A stretch of DNA of 64,000 nt from a virus. Each line of letters begins with the position of its first letter. Within the stretch, counting starts at the first letter, position 1. Positions 49,424-58,472 of this stretch are shown one piece after another. The notes under the pieces were generated by a model. It did no database searches. It was not told where the DNA came from and worked only from the letters and a program-made list of their open reading frames with translations. Position numbers and translations under genes: made by a program. The stretch lies in the IMG/VR virus record IMGVR_UViG_3300010399_000002, positions 50,733-114,732 of that record, one strand, 5' to 3'.

Positions 49424-51061
49424 TTACACCGTCTCCTCAACTGGAGTAAGAAGCCCGTACCCGTGAATCGAGAACTCTTTCAAGATGCCCTTCTTCACCT
49501 GATCCCATGTCCCGTGATCCGTTACCTGCCAACCAACCCACCAACCTACGCGCCCGAGATCGATCCCTAACGCCTCTTGCTTGGCCTTGGTGAAGACTAT
49601 ACTCTCGATCAGATCTCCAACCCCGACCTTCTGGTGCATGTTGCCGGCCTTGCGAACGTTTTTGACAAACCTATATGCGGCCTTCTCGAGCTCGTCCTCG
49701 GACATTTGGTGCTTCTGAAGATCAGTAACGATCTGCCCGTCTTTCTCGATGGTAGATGCCCAACCAAAGGCTTGCATCTTGTCATTGTCGATCTTACTGA
49801 TAGGAGTCGTTATACTGATCTTCGATAGAGCCTTGCGCTGAACCTTGAGTGACCATGATCTCCCGGCGTTGCCGCCCATTCCAAACCAGTTCTGGTAATC
49901 TGGGCCGTTGTTGGCCCAAGCATCGCCTTGGCCTTTACTCATCGTCCCGAAGAACCTGACCATGTTCTGAATTTCATCTGGGTCGATAGCCGTACCGTTG
50001 GCGAGCTTCGAGGCTAGAGCATACATCCCGTTACCCAAACCTCGCTGCCCTTCTTCTTTGTTCTTGAAAACCTCGAGTGCCTTCTTGGCCTTCGTCTGAA
50101 CTGCAACCGGAGGCACGTGCTTTTCGAGCTTCGCTTCCAAAGGCTCCCAACTATTGCAAACGTACCGTGTGTTGTAGTTGAACGAGTACAGATCGCAATA
50201 TCCATCTCCACCGTGAATGCAACTCGAACAAGTCTCTCCCCGATCTTCTGCCTGCCTGTAGTTGGGAGCATCCTTCATGGCCTTCTCGACCGGCTCTTCG
50301 TCCGTAGTCTCGAGATTGAACTCCTTACCGATGGGACCGACCTGAAAAATAATGTCTTCGAGTGTTATCTCGGCGTGCTGCACCCGCGGCGTGGGCGTAG
50401 CTGCTGACTGATCGATGTATGCCAACGTGATATGCGGCGTATAGCTCTCAAAGTTCTCGGAGAACTCTACACCCTTGGCTTTTAGAGCTGTAGCCAACTC
50501 ATCTCGAAACTTCAGCAGATCTGCAGACATAACCGGAACGTAAGCCACGTCTTTGAAGTCGGAATGTTCTGTAGCTGGAAAGCGTCCTACACCGCCAATA
50601 GAAGCCTTGACTGGACCTCGATCTGCGGTAAATGAATCGAGAACCTCTTCTGCGGCAGCTAGTTGAGACAGAGACACGTCTTCGAACTTGCCGAGATAAA
50701 ACAACGTGATATGCATCTCATCGGGCGGCATCGGACGAGTACTCGTTGTATCGATGTATTGCCCGTACCCTAGAGCTAGTGCCTTGGTGAGACCTTCGTC
50801 CAACTTGAACGCGATCATGACCCCGTGATGCAGATCTCCATTCATATGTGGGCACTTCGAGATCTTCGTATACTTTCCATCTTCACCTCGTTTGTAACCG
50901 GCGTTCTTCAATGCACCGTAGGCCATTGCAAAAGCTCGGGCTTCACTCTTGCCGCTACCCAGGATGCTGTTGAATGCACTCCTGAAGATAGTTTGGGCGT
51001 GGTCGTCGGGAACGATGCTCTTGATCTTACTCGGTAATGCGTCATTGGATGAATACGGCAT
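49424..51061 (-). CDS. Multidomain head protein: ChaB-like, 2H phosphoesterase, Cys-rich, helical and XkdF-like prohead protease domains
   Basis: MPYSSN.ALP...HAQ.IFR.AFN (ChaB); two HITL motifs; CSSC...C...C; AFGWAS, ELEKAAY.F, MH, GWWVG, W..VKKG....FSI.G (XkdF). Confidence 0.85.
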   Translation of the reverse strand: MPYSSNDALPSKIKSIVPDDHAQTIFRSAFNSILGSGKSEARAFAMAYGALKNAGYKRGEDGKYTKISKCPHMNGDLHHGVMIAFKLDEGLTKALALGYGQYIDTTSTRPMPPDEMHITLFYLGKFEDVSLSQLAAAEEVLDSFTADRGPVKASIGGVGRFPATEHSDFKDVAYVPVMSADLLKFRDELATALKAKGVEFSENFESYTPHITLAYIDQSAATPTPRVQHAEITLEDIIFQVGPIGKEFNLETTDEEPVEKAMKDAPNYRQAEDRGETCSSCIHGGDGYCDLYSFNYNTRYVCNSWEPLEAKLEKHVPPVAVQTKAKKALEVFKNKEEGQRGLGNGMYALASKLANGTAIDPDEIQNMVRFFGTMSKGQGDAWANNGPDYQNWFGMGGNAGRSWSLKVQRKALSKISITTPISKIDNDKMQAFGWASTIEKDGQIVTDLQKHQMSEDELEKAAYRFVKNVRKAGNMHQKVGVGDLIESIVFTKAKQEALGIDLGRVGWWVGWQVTDHGTWDQVKKGILKEFSIHGYGLLTPVEETV

Positions 51062-51130
51062 AGCACCTCCCGAAAGCAGAGATCTCCACCGCAGCCCCGT
51101 TCGGCTGCTTAACTACATTCTTGAACTAGA

Positions 51131-52252
51131 TCAGTTGAACTTCAGAACTGTTGTACAGCGACAGCTCGGATGCACTGGAGGATACTCGTACGGACCGTTT
51201 GGTGTAACAAACTGTTCTCCAAGTGGAACACCTTGCGGATTCATTTTTGGAATAGGTCCGCACACTGCACACGTTCTTCCGTCTCGCGTTACAACCCACT
51301 TCTTTCTGGTAATCGCCTCGTCCAGCAGATCTTGATTGATTGCTTGTCTCCAAACCTCTTGCTGACCGGCGTTTGCAGCACGAAGACTTTCCGTTCTCGC
51401 GATCGTCATGGCCCGGTATTGCAGGAACCGTTCCTCATAGCGCTCCACCATTGTATCGATGGTAGCGGCTGACATCGTTCGACGACCTTCTACCTCGGCT
51501 AGGATACTGCGGTCGAATCTTCCATCTCGCAATGCGCGACCCAACGTGTTGATTAGCTGGGTCTCGTCTCCCGACTCCAATGCGCTGCGGTAATTCCTGA
51601 CTGCTTTGGCTTGACTCTTCGTTAGACCGATAATGCCTTTCAGCTCTCGCGCCATCGTAGCTGGAGTCTTGCCTGCTTGATAGCCTTCTACTAGAACGTC
51701 TTGGATAGCTTCGAGTGTAGAATCCGTTACCTCTCGGATTAGAGTGAAATCGTAGTCTCTGAGAAACTGGACGGCCTCTTCGGCTATGTAGTCGAAGATC
51801 AACTCGACTCCGACCTTGGGACGAGCTGCTTTCTCAACGGGAACCTTGACGCTACCTAAAGCTGTGATCTCGTAATCGGCGCCGGCATTGAAAGCTGCTC
51901 GCAACGCTTCTGAAAAAGATAATGACTGGGGATCGGCTCCTTTACCTCTAGACGCCGCTAGAAACCTGTTACGAAGATCTAGACTCGTTAATACCGAACT
52001 CGGTCCCGCGGCTATGGCTTCTTCGAGAGCCCTCAACGAGAACTTGTCTTTGACAACGTGAACTGCATCCACAAACGCCTTGGCGATCTTTAGCTCTTGC
52101 TTCTCGGCGGTCTCGAGTATGTCTGCGCCTATGGCTTTTGAGACTACAGCCTTCTTCTCTACCTTCGGAAGATTGGCTGATATAGCCTGAGACCAAGCAC
52201 GGATGTCTTGGTCTAGACTAGCCTCGAACTCTTCTATGACTTCGGCGGTCAT
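51131..52252 (-). CDS. MuF/SPP1 gp7-like minor head protein
   Basis: RA.TIARTE..RA.N.G, KKW....DGRTC..C, PP.HP.CRC; start MTAEV at 52252. Confidence 0.9.
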   Translation of the reverse strand: MTAEVIEEFEASLDQDIRAWSQAISANLPKVEKKAVVSKAIGADILETAEKQELKIAKAFVDAVHVVKDKFSLRALEEAIAAGPSSVLTSLDLRNRFLAASRGKGADPQSLSFSEALRAAFNAGADYEITALGSVKVPVEKAARPKVGVELIFDYIAEEAVQFLRDYDFTLIREVTDSTLEAIQDVLVEGYQAGKTPATMARELKGIIGLTKSQAKAVRNYRSALESGDETQLINTLGRALRDGRFDRSILAEVEGRRTMSAATIDTMVERYEERFLQYRAMTIARTESLRAANAGQQEVWRQAINQDLLDEAITRKKWVVTRDGRTCAVCGPIPKMNPQGVPLGEQFVTPNGPYEYPPVHPSCRCTTVLKFN

Positions 52253-52641
52253 TGCACGGCGTCCAAGAACTCGTAAGTCACAACCCCGTACCGGTAACAA
52301 TACGGGACATAAGCGCAATCCCGAAACAAGAACAGATCGGTTAATGGCACATGATGGGGATACAAAGGCAACCAGAATCTCGGATCGTTTCCCGCACGTC
52401 TGCACTGAGTCTGCAAATTCTCGTATGTCAGTATATGCGGTTGCGGATGATAGTGAGCATACAACTGACCTTTGTCGTTGAGAATCTGCAACTTGACCCG
52501 GCCGGCAACTGTATCTGCGGCTACGCACCTGGATGATACATCCTCGCCGTCGATGAACACACGGGCTCGGGCGTTCTTAACGATGTCTTCCATCTCGGGA
52601 GGCTCGTAGATTCCTTTGGTCAGATCGACACGGATGTTCAT
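52249..52641 (-). CDS. Hypothetical protein
   Basis: ATGA overlaps at both ends. Confidence 0.6.
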   Translation of the reverse strand: MNIRVDLTKGIYEPPEMEDIVKNARARVFIDGEDVSSRCVAADTVAGRVKLQILNDKGQLYAHYHPQPHILTYENLQTQCRRAGNDPRFWLPLYPHHVPLTDLFLFRDCAYVPYCYRYGVVTYEFLDAVQ

Positions 52642-53429
52642 GCAACCTCGTACTTCTCGATTAGCTCGGCCCACGCCTTCGAGATGGAACTGTACTTAAA
52701 TGTTCCTACGTACGCAGCCTTGACTGCTGGATTCGTCCAACCTGTCCGCAACTTGAAACCGCGAAACACGAACACATCGGCGGTCTTCTTGTCTGGATTG
52801 ATAATGCTCGTTACTGTGAGAGTCTCAATCTTGCAACGGCATTGCTTGGCTAACGCTTGTACCGCGGCTTCCTTGCGTTCCAGGATGCGCTTTTGCTTGC
52901 GCTCGTTCCAAGCCTTCTTCTTCTCCGGACTAGCCTTCGCTAACCAAGCGCTTTCCTTTACACCCGGCTGTCCGATAGTAGCTCGCCACTGTTGCGCTGA
53001 TTTACCGTTACTGACTAGACCCGCCTTGACCTCGATGACCCGATTACCAGCCATCATGTCCACAGCGAAGTTATTGACCTTGACGTTCAGCGTCTTGGCC
53101 TTTTGCTTTTGCGTCGTGTTGATATACGCAGCAGCAATCTGCTCACCAAGATACCCAACCTCTAACTTGCTGAGCTTGTTCTTAACCGGAACCTCTTCAC
53201 CAGAAAAGACCCGACCGGATACGCGACTGATAGCGACAGCGCCTGTTGGCCCGATCTTCGAACTCTTACTGCCACCTGTGGCACAGAACTGACCGCCCTT
53301 CGAGCCAGAAGATACATGGCACGGATTAGCCTTGCCTATCGAACCCAGAGCCTTACTGAAAAGCGCTGGACCCGACGGCCAGGACCCCAAGGGGTTTAGT
53401 ATGGCGGTAAAGTTAGCTGTGGCACTCAT
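52638..53429 (-). CDS. NPCH..GGQF-leader protein with PD-(D/E)XK nuclease-like domain
   Basis: IGKANPCH....KGGQFCATGG; G.LGE.IA..Y...FAVD......IEVKAG. Confidence 0.7.
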   Translation of the reverse strand: MSATANFTAILNPLGSWPSGPALFSKALGSIGKANPCHVSSGSKGGQFCATGGSKSSKIGPTGAVAISRVSGRVFSGEEVPVKNKLSKLEVGYLGEQIAAAYINTTQKQKAKTLNVKVNNFAVDMMAGNRVIEVKAGLVSNGKSAQQWRATIGQPGVKESAWLAKASPEKKKAWNERKQKRILERKEAAVQALAKQCRCKIETLTVTSIINPDKKTADVFVFRGFKLRTGWTNPAVKAAYVGTFKYSSISKAWAELIEKYEVA

Positions 53430-53440
53430 AGAGTAGCGTC

Positions 53441-53520
53441 TAGGGCCTGCCAGGCACTCATGGTAGGCCCTAAGTGGTAGTTGGTGAGGGGTCTAAGTTC
53501 TCAGGACGTTGTAGGAGCTG
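53441..53520. repeat. Dispersed 80-bp multi-box element, copy 6
   Basis: TAGGGCCTGCCAGGCACT-N16-TGGTAGTTG...CGTTGTAGGAGCT. Confidence 0.92.
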
Positions 53521-53526
53521 ATACAC

Positions 53527-53790
53527 TCACAACACAAGATCTACTGTCTCGAACAAGACGACTGAAGACCCGCTCTTCCTGACTTTGTCAAAACGACCCG
53601 CGGCCTTGATGGCCAAACCACGATGCTGATCGTATTGACCTGTACTTGAATGGACATTCTGAATCTGGTCCAGAAGGATCTTATCCAACTCCGGACTGTC
53701 CGTAAACGATTGACGCAGCGCATCGAGCTTGTCGATGACTTTCACGGCTACGAGAGCCGGCGTTCCTTGATACTTCACGTACCACTGCAT
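53527..53790 (-). CDS. Hypothetical protein
   Basis: GAGG RBS and ATG start. Confidence 0.55.
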   Translation of the reverse strand: MQWYVKYQGTPALVAVKVIDKLDALRQSFTDSPELDKILLDQIQNVHSSTGQYDQHRGLAIKAAGRFDKVRKSGSSVVLFETVDLVL

Positions 53791-53814
53791 ATCGTGTCCT
53801 CGATTTTCCTTTCG

Positions 53815-54885
53815 TTAAAGTGAAATGTCGTCTTCGTTTCTTGATGCGATGTATTGCCTGATAGCATCGCGGAACTCAATCTCGTCTTCGTTCAGCTGCC
53901 AGAGCCCTTGATTGTCCCTAACCAAATGGTGATCGGGATCGAACTGAGCTGCTAACGGGATTCTCCACCGGTCACCGTAGTACCTCGTCTTCTTCGCACC
54001 ATGGAAATAGTGGTACATCAGGCCTGGCATGTAGCCGACGTCTTTCTTGAGGTGCTTCAACGCCAACTTTTGCCATCTCATACACTTGAACAAATAACGA
54101 CTGCCTGATGTACCTTTTCCTTTGAGTGTCTCTTCCACCAACCCGATCAGAGCTGCGGCCATGCGCCAATCGCCTGAACCGAGTATCTCCCAATCGATCA
54201 GACCGCCAACATAGTCGATAGCCTCTCGCCGCCACGCCCAAGCTCCACCGGGACAACCCCATGCTCCGCCGTACGGATAACCTGTTGGATTGCAGATGCG
54301 ACACTTTTTCTTCGGACGCCCGTGCTTGCACTTCATGTGAGCTGGCAGATGCAGATGCGTCAAGCTGTTTATGTACTCGTACATGTAGCTCGTATGCATC
54401 TCGCCAATCGGTTCTTGACTGGGGCCGAGATCTTGCAAATGACTGAACATTTGCAGAACCATATAGTGCTCGAGCAACTGCAAAGTCTCTTGTGCCCAAT
54501 CCGGTCGAGCGAACTTCATGTCTGCGTCTATGAACGCGACTTTCCGCCAATTCCTTGGCAGCAACCTCATGACAGCCAAATTCATGAGATTCTCTTTGTA
54601 CCAGAGTATGTGCCATGTTCGTAACTGAAGATGCCGGGGATTGTCGGCTTCCGTTACTTCGAACTCGCGTTCACCGAGAGCTAACTCGACGGTATAGAGA
54701 ATTGCGCCGGAATCCTCAACGTGTTTCTCGAACGTGTGGTAGTGTTTGTAGCGTGACAAATACCGCATGGGGTTGAATACACACGTTACCACATGAAGTC
54801 TGTCTTGAAATGGTTCTATTCCTGCGTGCGGGTGCATCGCCCGCGACGGATGGTCCACAAACGGACCGGACGGAAATTTGGGCAC
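53815..54885 (-). CDS. Putative glycosyltransferase (GT-A fold)
   Basis: FNP.RY.SR, LWYKENL.N, VAFIDAD, G.AWAWRR, LGSGD, H.FHG....R.Y..RW. Confidence 0.7.
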   Translation of the reverse strand: MPKFPSGPFVDHPSRAMHPHAGIEPFQDRLHVVTCVFNPMRYLSRYKHYHTFEKHVEDSGAILYTVELALGEREFEVTEADNPRHLQLRTWHILWYKENLMNLAVMRLLPRNWRKVAFIDADMKFARPDWAQETLQLLEHYMVLQMFSHLQDLGPSQEPIGEMHTSYMYEYINSLTHLHLPAHMKCKHGRPKKKCRICNPTGYPYGGAWGCPGGAWAWRREAIDYVGGLIDWEILGSGDWRMAAALIGLVEETLKGKGTSGSRYLFKCMRWQKLALKHLKKDVGYMPGLMYHYFHGAKKTRYYGDRWRIPLAAQFDPDHHLVRDNQGLWQLNEDEIEFRDAIRQYIASRNEDDISL

Positions 54886-55247
54886 GATAATCCTCTATAC
54901 TAACTCTGAGAAGTCTTCCTAACCTCCAGTTGAGTGCAGATGTCCATTAGGTGACGCGCCAACGCAGCGCGCTGTTGATTGACTGGCTTGTTGGCAAATG
55001 GACCTGTAGTCAGAACCTCACCTCTAAAATCTTGAGGCTCGAAACTCCACGAGTACCTGCCGATACGAACAGTGAACATGCCGACTGTGAATGTCCTCCA
55101 ACCGTTAACTGGTTCTACTTCGATTGGAGTGTGACTCAATTGCCAAGTGATCTTGGGCAACGCAACGTACATCGACAACAACGGCCAGTTGCAGATGAAT
55201 CCAAATGCGTCCCGACGAGATAGAAACATTTGACTTGACCTTCGGAC

Positions 55248-55622
55248 CTACGAACTGAGACGGGCTAGAACGATAGCGTCATCGAGTGCTTGCATGACTT
55301 GCTTCCACGTGCGACCCACTGCATCGTTCCAATTGACGATAGACTGGCCACCTACAACGTGTAACAAAAAACCGTAAGCCTTAGCTGAACCCTCAGCATA
55401 TGGATCAACAACGGTGAATGTACCCCCCAAACAATAGCATGTTGCATCTGGATTGGGCTTACCGTTAACAACTGGCCTAACTACAAATCCGTTTGCTGCA
55501 CGAGCACTCGCACCTTGCGTCCATTTGTCTGGACTGGATAGAAGATCTCGAACACGTTCTAGAACTTCAACTGCACTTTGCGAACTAGACTTCGTAGCTG
55601 ACACTTTCGCGCTCTCCCTCAT
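55248..55622 (-). CDS. DUF6197-like hypothetical protein
   Basis: WTQG..AR, C.CL.G, I..WND..GRT..QV...LD.AI. Confidence 0.6.
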   Translation of the reverse strand: MRESAKVSATKSSSQSAVEVLERVRDLLSSPDKWTQGASARAANGFVVRPVVNGKPNPDATCYCLGGTFTVVDPYAEGSAKAYGFLLHVVGGQSIVNWNDAVGRTWKQVMQALDDAIVLARLSS

Positions 55623-55737
55623 GCCGCTGGATTGTAGGGCCGCGACCTAACCCGAACCGGAAGCGCTTGGCGCCTCGAATGCCCGAACCAGGAACCTTAC
55701 AATCCAACGGCTAAGGCAGGGCACGAACCCTGCCTAA
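55623..55737 (-). ncRNA. Candidate structured RNA (18-bp stem with internal hairpins plus an adjacent hairpin)
   Basis: Inverted repeat 55623-55640 / 55694-55711; AGGCAGGG..CCCTGCCT hairpin; three GGUUCG motifs on the minus strand. Confidence 0.45.
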
Positions 55738-55888
55738 TCATCGGACTTTATCAATTTGAATGTTGAGATGGCCGTTGTCTGGTCTTATGCGCCTTTGTCG
55801 TTACCGGTTACTGGGACCGGCACGGGCGGCTCATAGGCGTATCCTCCTTTTTGTTTTTGGACTGCATAAGCAGCTCCTTCGTAAGAAC

Positions 55889-56353
55889 CTACTCTTCCGG
55901 CTTGGCCAGATTGATTAACTCGCCGGCTGTGGGATAGGCTCCGTGACTGTCGATCAGATCGGCATCGACTGCAATGATGCGCCTTGTCTGCGGATACTTG
56001 AACCCGATCTGGATCTGGTCGTGGACTCCGACCGTTACCTTCTTGCCAGAACCGTCCGTACCGGTTCGAAAGTCGCCGGAGATGACCGCAACCACGATCT
56101 CGAAGTCGGAAAGCCTGACGTTCTTGGGATTCAAACCCCAATCTGATCTCAGAACCAGACCATCACGAATCTTGTTGAGTGCACCGGTTGGCCACATGGG
56201 CTCCGGCAGTAGTTTGTGATTCGACGTAAACAAATCTTTCAATTCTTCTTCACTCATTCCATCTGGTAGTTGCTCCTTTTTGGGATTGTGGGCGGCACTA
56301 TCTCCATTCGGTCTTCCGCCGCCCAGATGGAGTGTCTTGTAAGGAGACTCCAT
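55889..56353 (-). CDS. Hypothetical protein
   Basis: 154-aa ORF with protein-like composition. Confidence 0.6.
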   Translation of the reverse strand: MESPYKTLHLGGGRPNGDSAAHNPKKEQLPDGMSEEELKDLFTSNHKLLPEPMWPTGALNKIRDGLVLRSDWGLNPKNVRLSDFEIVVAVISGDFRTGTDGSGKKVTVGVHDQIQIGFKYPQTRRIIAVDADLIDSHGAYPTAGELINLAKPEE

Positions 56354-56364
56354 CTTGATTGTAC

Positions 56365-56601
56365 CTAATTGATATGAGCATCGAGCTTATTCTCGGCTTC
56401 GGTCTTCATCTGGTTGATACGGGCTTGCACCAACGCGTCCAACTTCTTTTCTTTCTTCTTCTCTTCGTCGTGTATCTGTACCCCTACGGCCAGAATGAAC
56501 AGACACAATCCACCAACGACCCACCCCAAAGCATGACTATACTGATAAGCACCGTAAGTTACGAACACAAACGCAATTGAGCACAACACGCCGGGTGTCA
56601 C
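56365..56601 (-). CDS. Small two-TM membrane protein (holin-like candidate)
   Basis: Two hydrophobic segments and a charged C-terminus. Confidence 0.45.
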   Translation of the reverse strand: MTPGVLCSIAFVFVTYGAYQYSHALGWVVGGLCLFILAVGVQIHDEEKKKEKKLDALVQARINQMKTEAENKLDAHIN

Positions 56602-56982
56602 AATGACCTCGCCTTCATGCTCTGTTTGCGTATGTGTCTCTCGTCTTCAAGAAATCTCTCGAACATGTTGGCTCGGTTCTTCTCTTGCCAGTAACGCCGA
56701 TACGCAACCGGTCGGAAACCCCACAACCAATTCAGCCTCGCACGCAACCAATAGAACTTGAACTTGTAATGCCATCTCATCACGTCACTCCTCGGAGCCG
56801 CTTGACTCTCTGTCTGCTGTAGAGGAAACCTTGAGCCGGTAACAAACCCAGCACATGAGATCGCTCCAAGCGGCCCTCCCAAGTATTTTACCTGAATGAT
56901 CTTTTTGAGAGTGACTGCGCTTCTTAACTGATGGATCTACAGACTTGCAAACGCTACAACTCATGACTTAATCTCTTCTGGC

Positions 56983-57417
56983 TTAGGGCACCTGATCGGC
57001 TTTAACTTGTTGACCTTCGTGTACTCGACTGGCGTTTTCAGCTGCGTTGGCTACGACATTATCTTCCGGCAAACCGGTGAGCTTGGCGTGGGCTCGAGCT
57101 AACAACGCATGTGCCGCTAAAATCTTACCCAAATCTGAATTGACCAGCTTCTCGGTCTTCTCACCTGTAACTTGAATCTTGTTGAGCTGTTCTGTATGGG
57201 CGGTGGTAGTCTCGTCTAATTTCTGTGCTACATGATCCGCCTTGTCTGCTACCTTGGCTACGAGCTCTGCCTGCGTGGCTCTGTCACTCGCCTCTTGGGC
57301 TCTGGCCTTGTCTGCTCTTTGGTTTGCACGGTAACTTTGGTAGATCTGAAACAGATTGGCTATAACTAAGCTGCCCAGTGCTGTAAATGTGGTCCAACCG
57401 GCGTCTGGTATTGTCAT
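56983..57417 (-). CDS. Single-TM coiled-coil membrane protein
   Basis: N-terminal hydrophobic helix. Confidence 0.55.
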   Translation of the reverse strand: MTIPDAGWTTFTALGSLVIANLFQIYQSYRANQRADKARAQEASDRATQAELVAKVADKADHVAQKLDETTTAHTEQLNKIQVTGEKTEKLVNSDLGKILAAHALLARAHAKLTGLPEDNVVANAAENASRVHEGQQVKADQVP

Positions 57418-57432
57418 AGGCTGAACTCCAAC

Positions 57433-57852
57433 CTAAGGCGTCTTGTGATTCTGGTCCATGGCCCGGCGCCAACGCTCGGCAGCCTCTTCCATAGTCGGAA
57501 CCATATCGGTTAGAGCGTCTAACTTACCAATGATGCTTTGACCTTGAACGCGCAATTGCTCGAAGCCGGTATGGAAAGTAACTGTCAGATCTCGCACTGT
57601 CTGAAAGAACTCTTTGGCTAGACTATCGACGCGGTTCTGATTGATGCCCACCTGTTCGTGCAGAAACAACTCGCGCTTGTCGAGCCGGTCTTCTTCTCGC
57701 CGCAACCGTTCTTTCTTGTCCGGCCAGTACTCGTAACGCAACCAGTAACCCAAACCGATTATGAATGCGACTATGACGGTTTGGACCAGACCCCAGTTCT
57801 TTACTGATCTCTCGAACCACGAAATTACGCTTGTCGGATCTTGTTGGAGCAT
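57433..57852 (-). CDS. Single-TM coiled-coil membrane protein (holin-like candidate)
   Basis: WGLVQTVIVAFIIGLGYW then charged coiled coil. Confidence 0.55.
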   Translation of the reverse strand: MLQQDPTSVISWFERSVKNWGLVQTVIVAFIIGLGYWLRYEYWPDKKERLRREEDRLDKRELFLHEQVGINQNRVDSLAKEFFQTVRDLTVTFHTGFEQLRVQGQSIIGKLDALTDMVPTMEEAAERWRRAMDQNHKTP

Positions 57853-58139
57853 AGAGCCTCAATTTGTATCTCGGTCTTGGTCTGCAAATTCCGCAATCTG
57901 TGTACTGCAAACTGTATACCGTCTCCAAGATCCTTCCAAGAACTATTTAACCTTTCAAGCTTCTTGAGTCTCCACGCCCGCATACGAAGCTCGTACCACC
58001 ACAATACTAAACCGATGAGATACCCTGTAAGTATCCCGGCACAGAACGCGAGAGGAACCAGCAGATAGATGAACGCGACGATGATAACCTGCATTACACA
58101 TGATGTTCCCTTCGCCTCTTGGGCCCAGATGGTTGGATG

Positions 58140-58472
58140 TTACGCTGCTTGACCTTCACGCCGGAACCACGCGCCGATCTCGGCATTGTGGTGTACACCT
58201 AACTTCCGACGCATGATGACTGTGAATCCATCGACGGTCTTGTACGAAATGCCTAGTGCCTTTCCAATCTCCTTCGAAGTCTTGTACTGAGCGATAAGCG
58301 AAGCGATCTGAATCTCCCTGGGAGATAACCTTGCGCCATTGCCTCCGGCGAGAACCTTTGCGACCTCGACAATGCGTCTACTGCACCAATCACGAATGAC
58401 TGCCAGCTCTGCTATTTCTTGTTCTGGTTGTTCTGGCAGCACTCGACGGAGAGCATCAAGAGCTGTGACCAT
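58140..58472 (-). CDS. LuxR-type HTH transcription regulator
   Basis: LSPREIQIA.LIA...TSKEIGKALGISYKTV......RRKLG. Confidence 0.85.
   Translation of the reverse strand: MVTALDALRRVLPEQPEQEIAELAVIRDWCSRRIVEVAKVLAGGNGARLSPREIQIASLIAQYKTSKEIGKALGISYKTVDGFTVIMRRKLGVHHNAEIGAWFRREGQAA

Noticed and set aside
10321-53520. 80-bp element as sigma54 promoters, CRISPR repeats or a conserved hairpin RNA
   Set aside because: GGCAC resembles the -24 box but no conserved -12 GC follows. Copies are kilobases apart rather than arrayed. Hairpins seen in copies 5 and 6 are not shared by the others.
55623-55745. tRNA or hammerhead ribozyme
   Set aside because: No acceptor stem or anticodon arm geometry; CCGAUGA is not followed by the required GAAA core.
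56265-56273. Isolated TGGTAGTTG as a seventh element copy
   Set aside because: The flanking CRGGCACT and YGYTGKAG boxes are absent at the fixed offsets.
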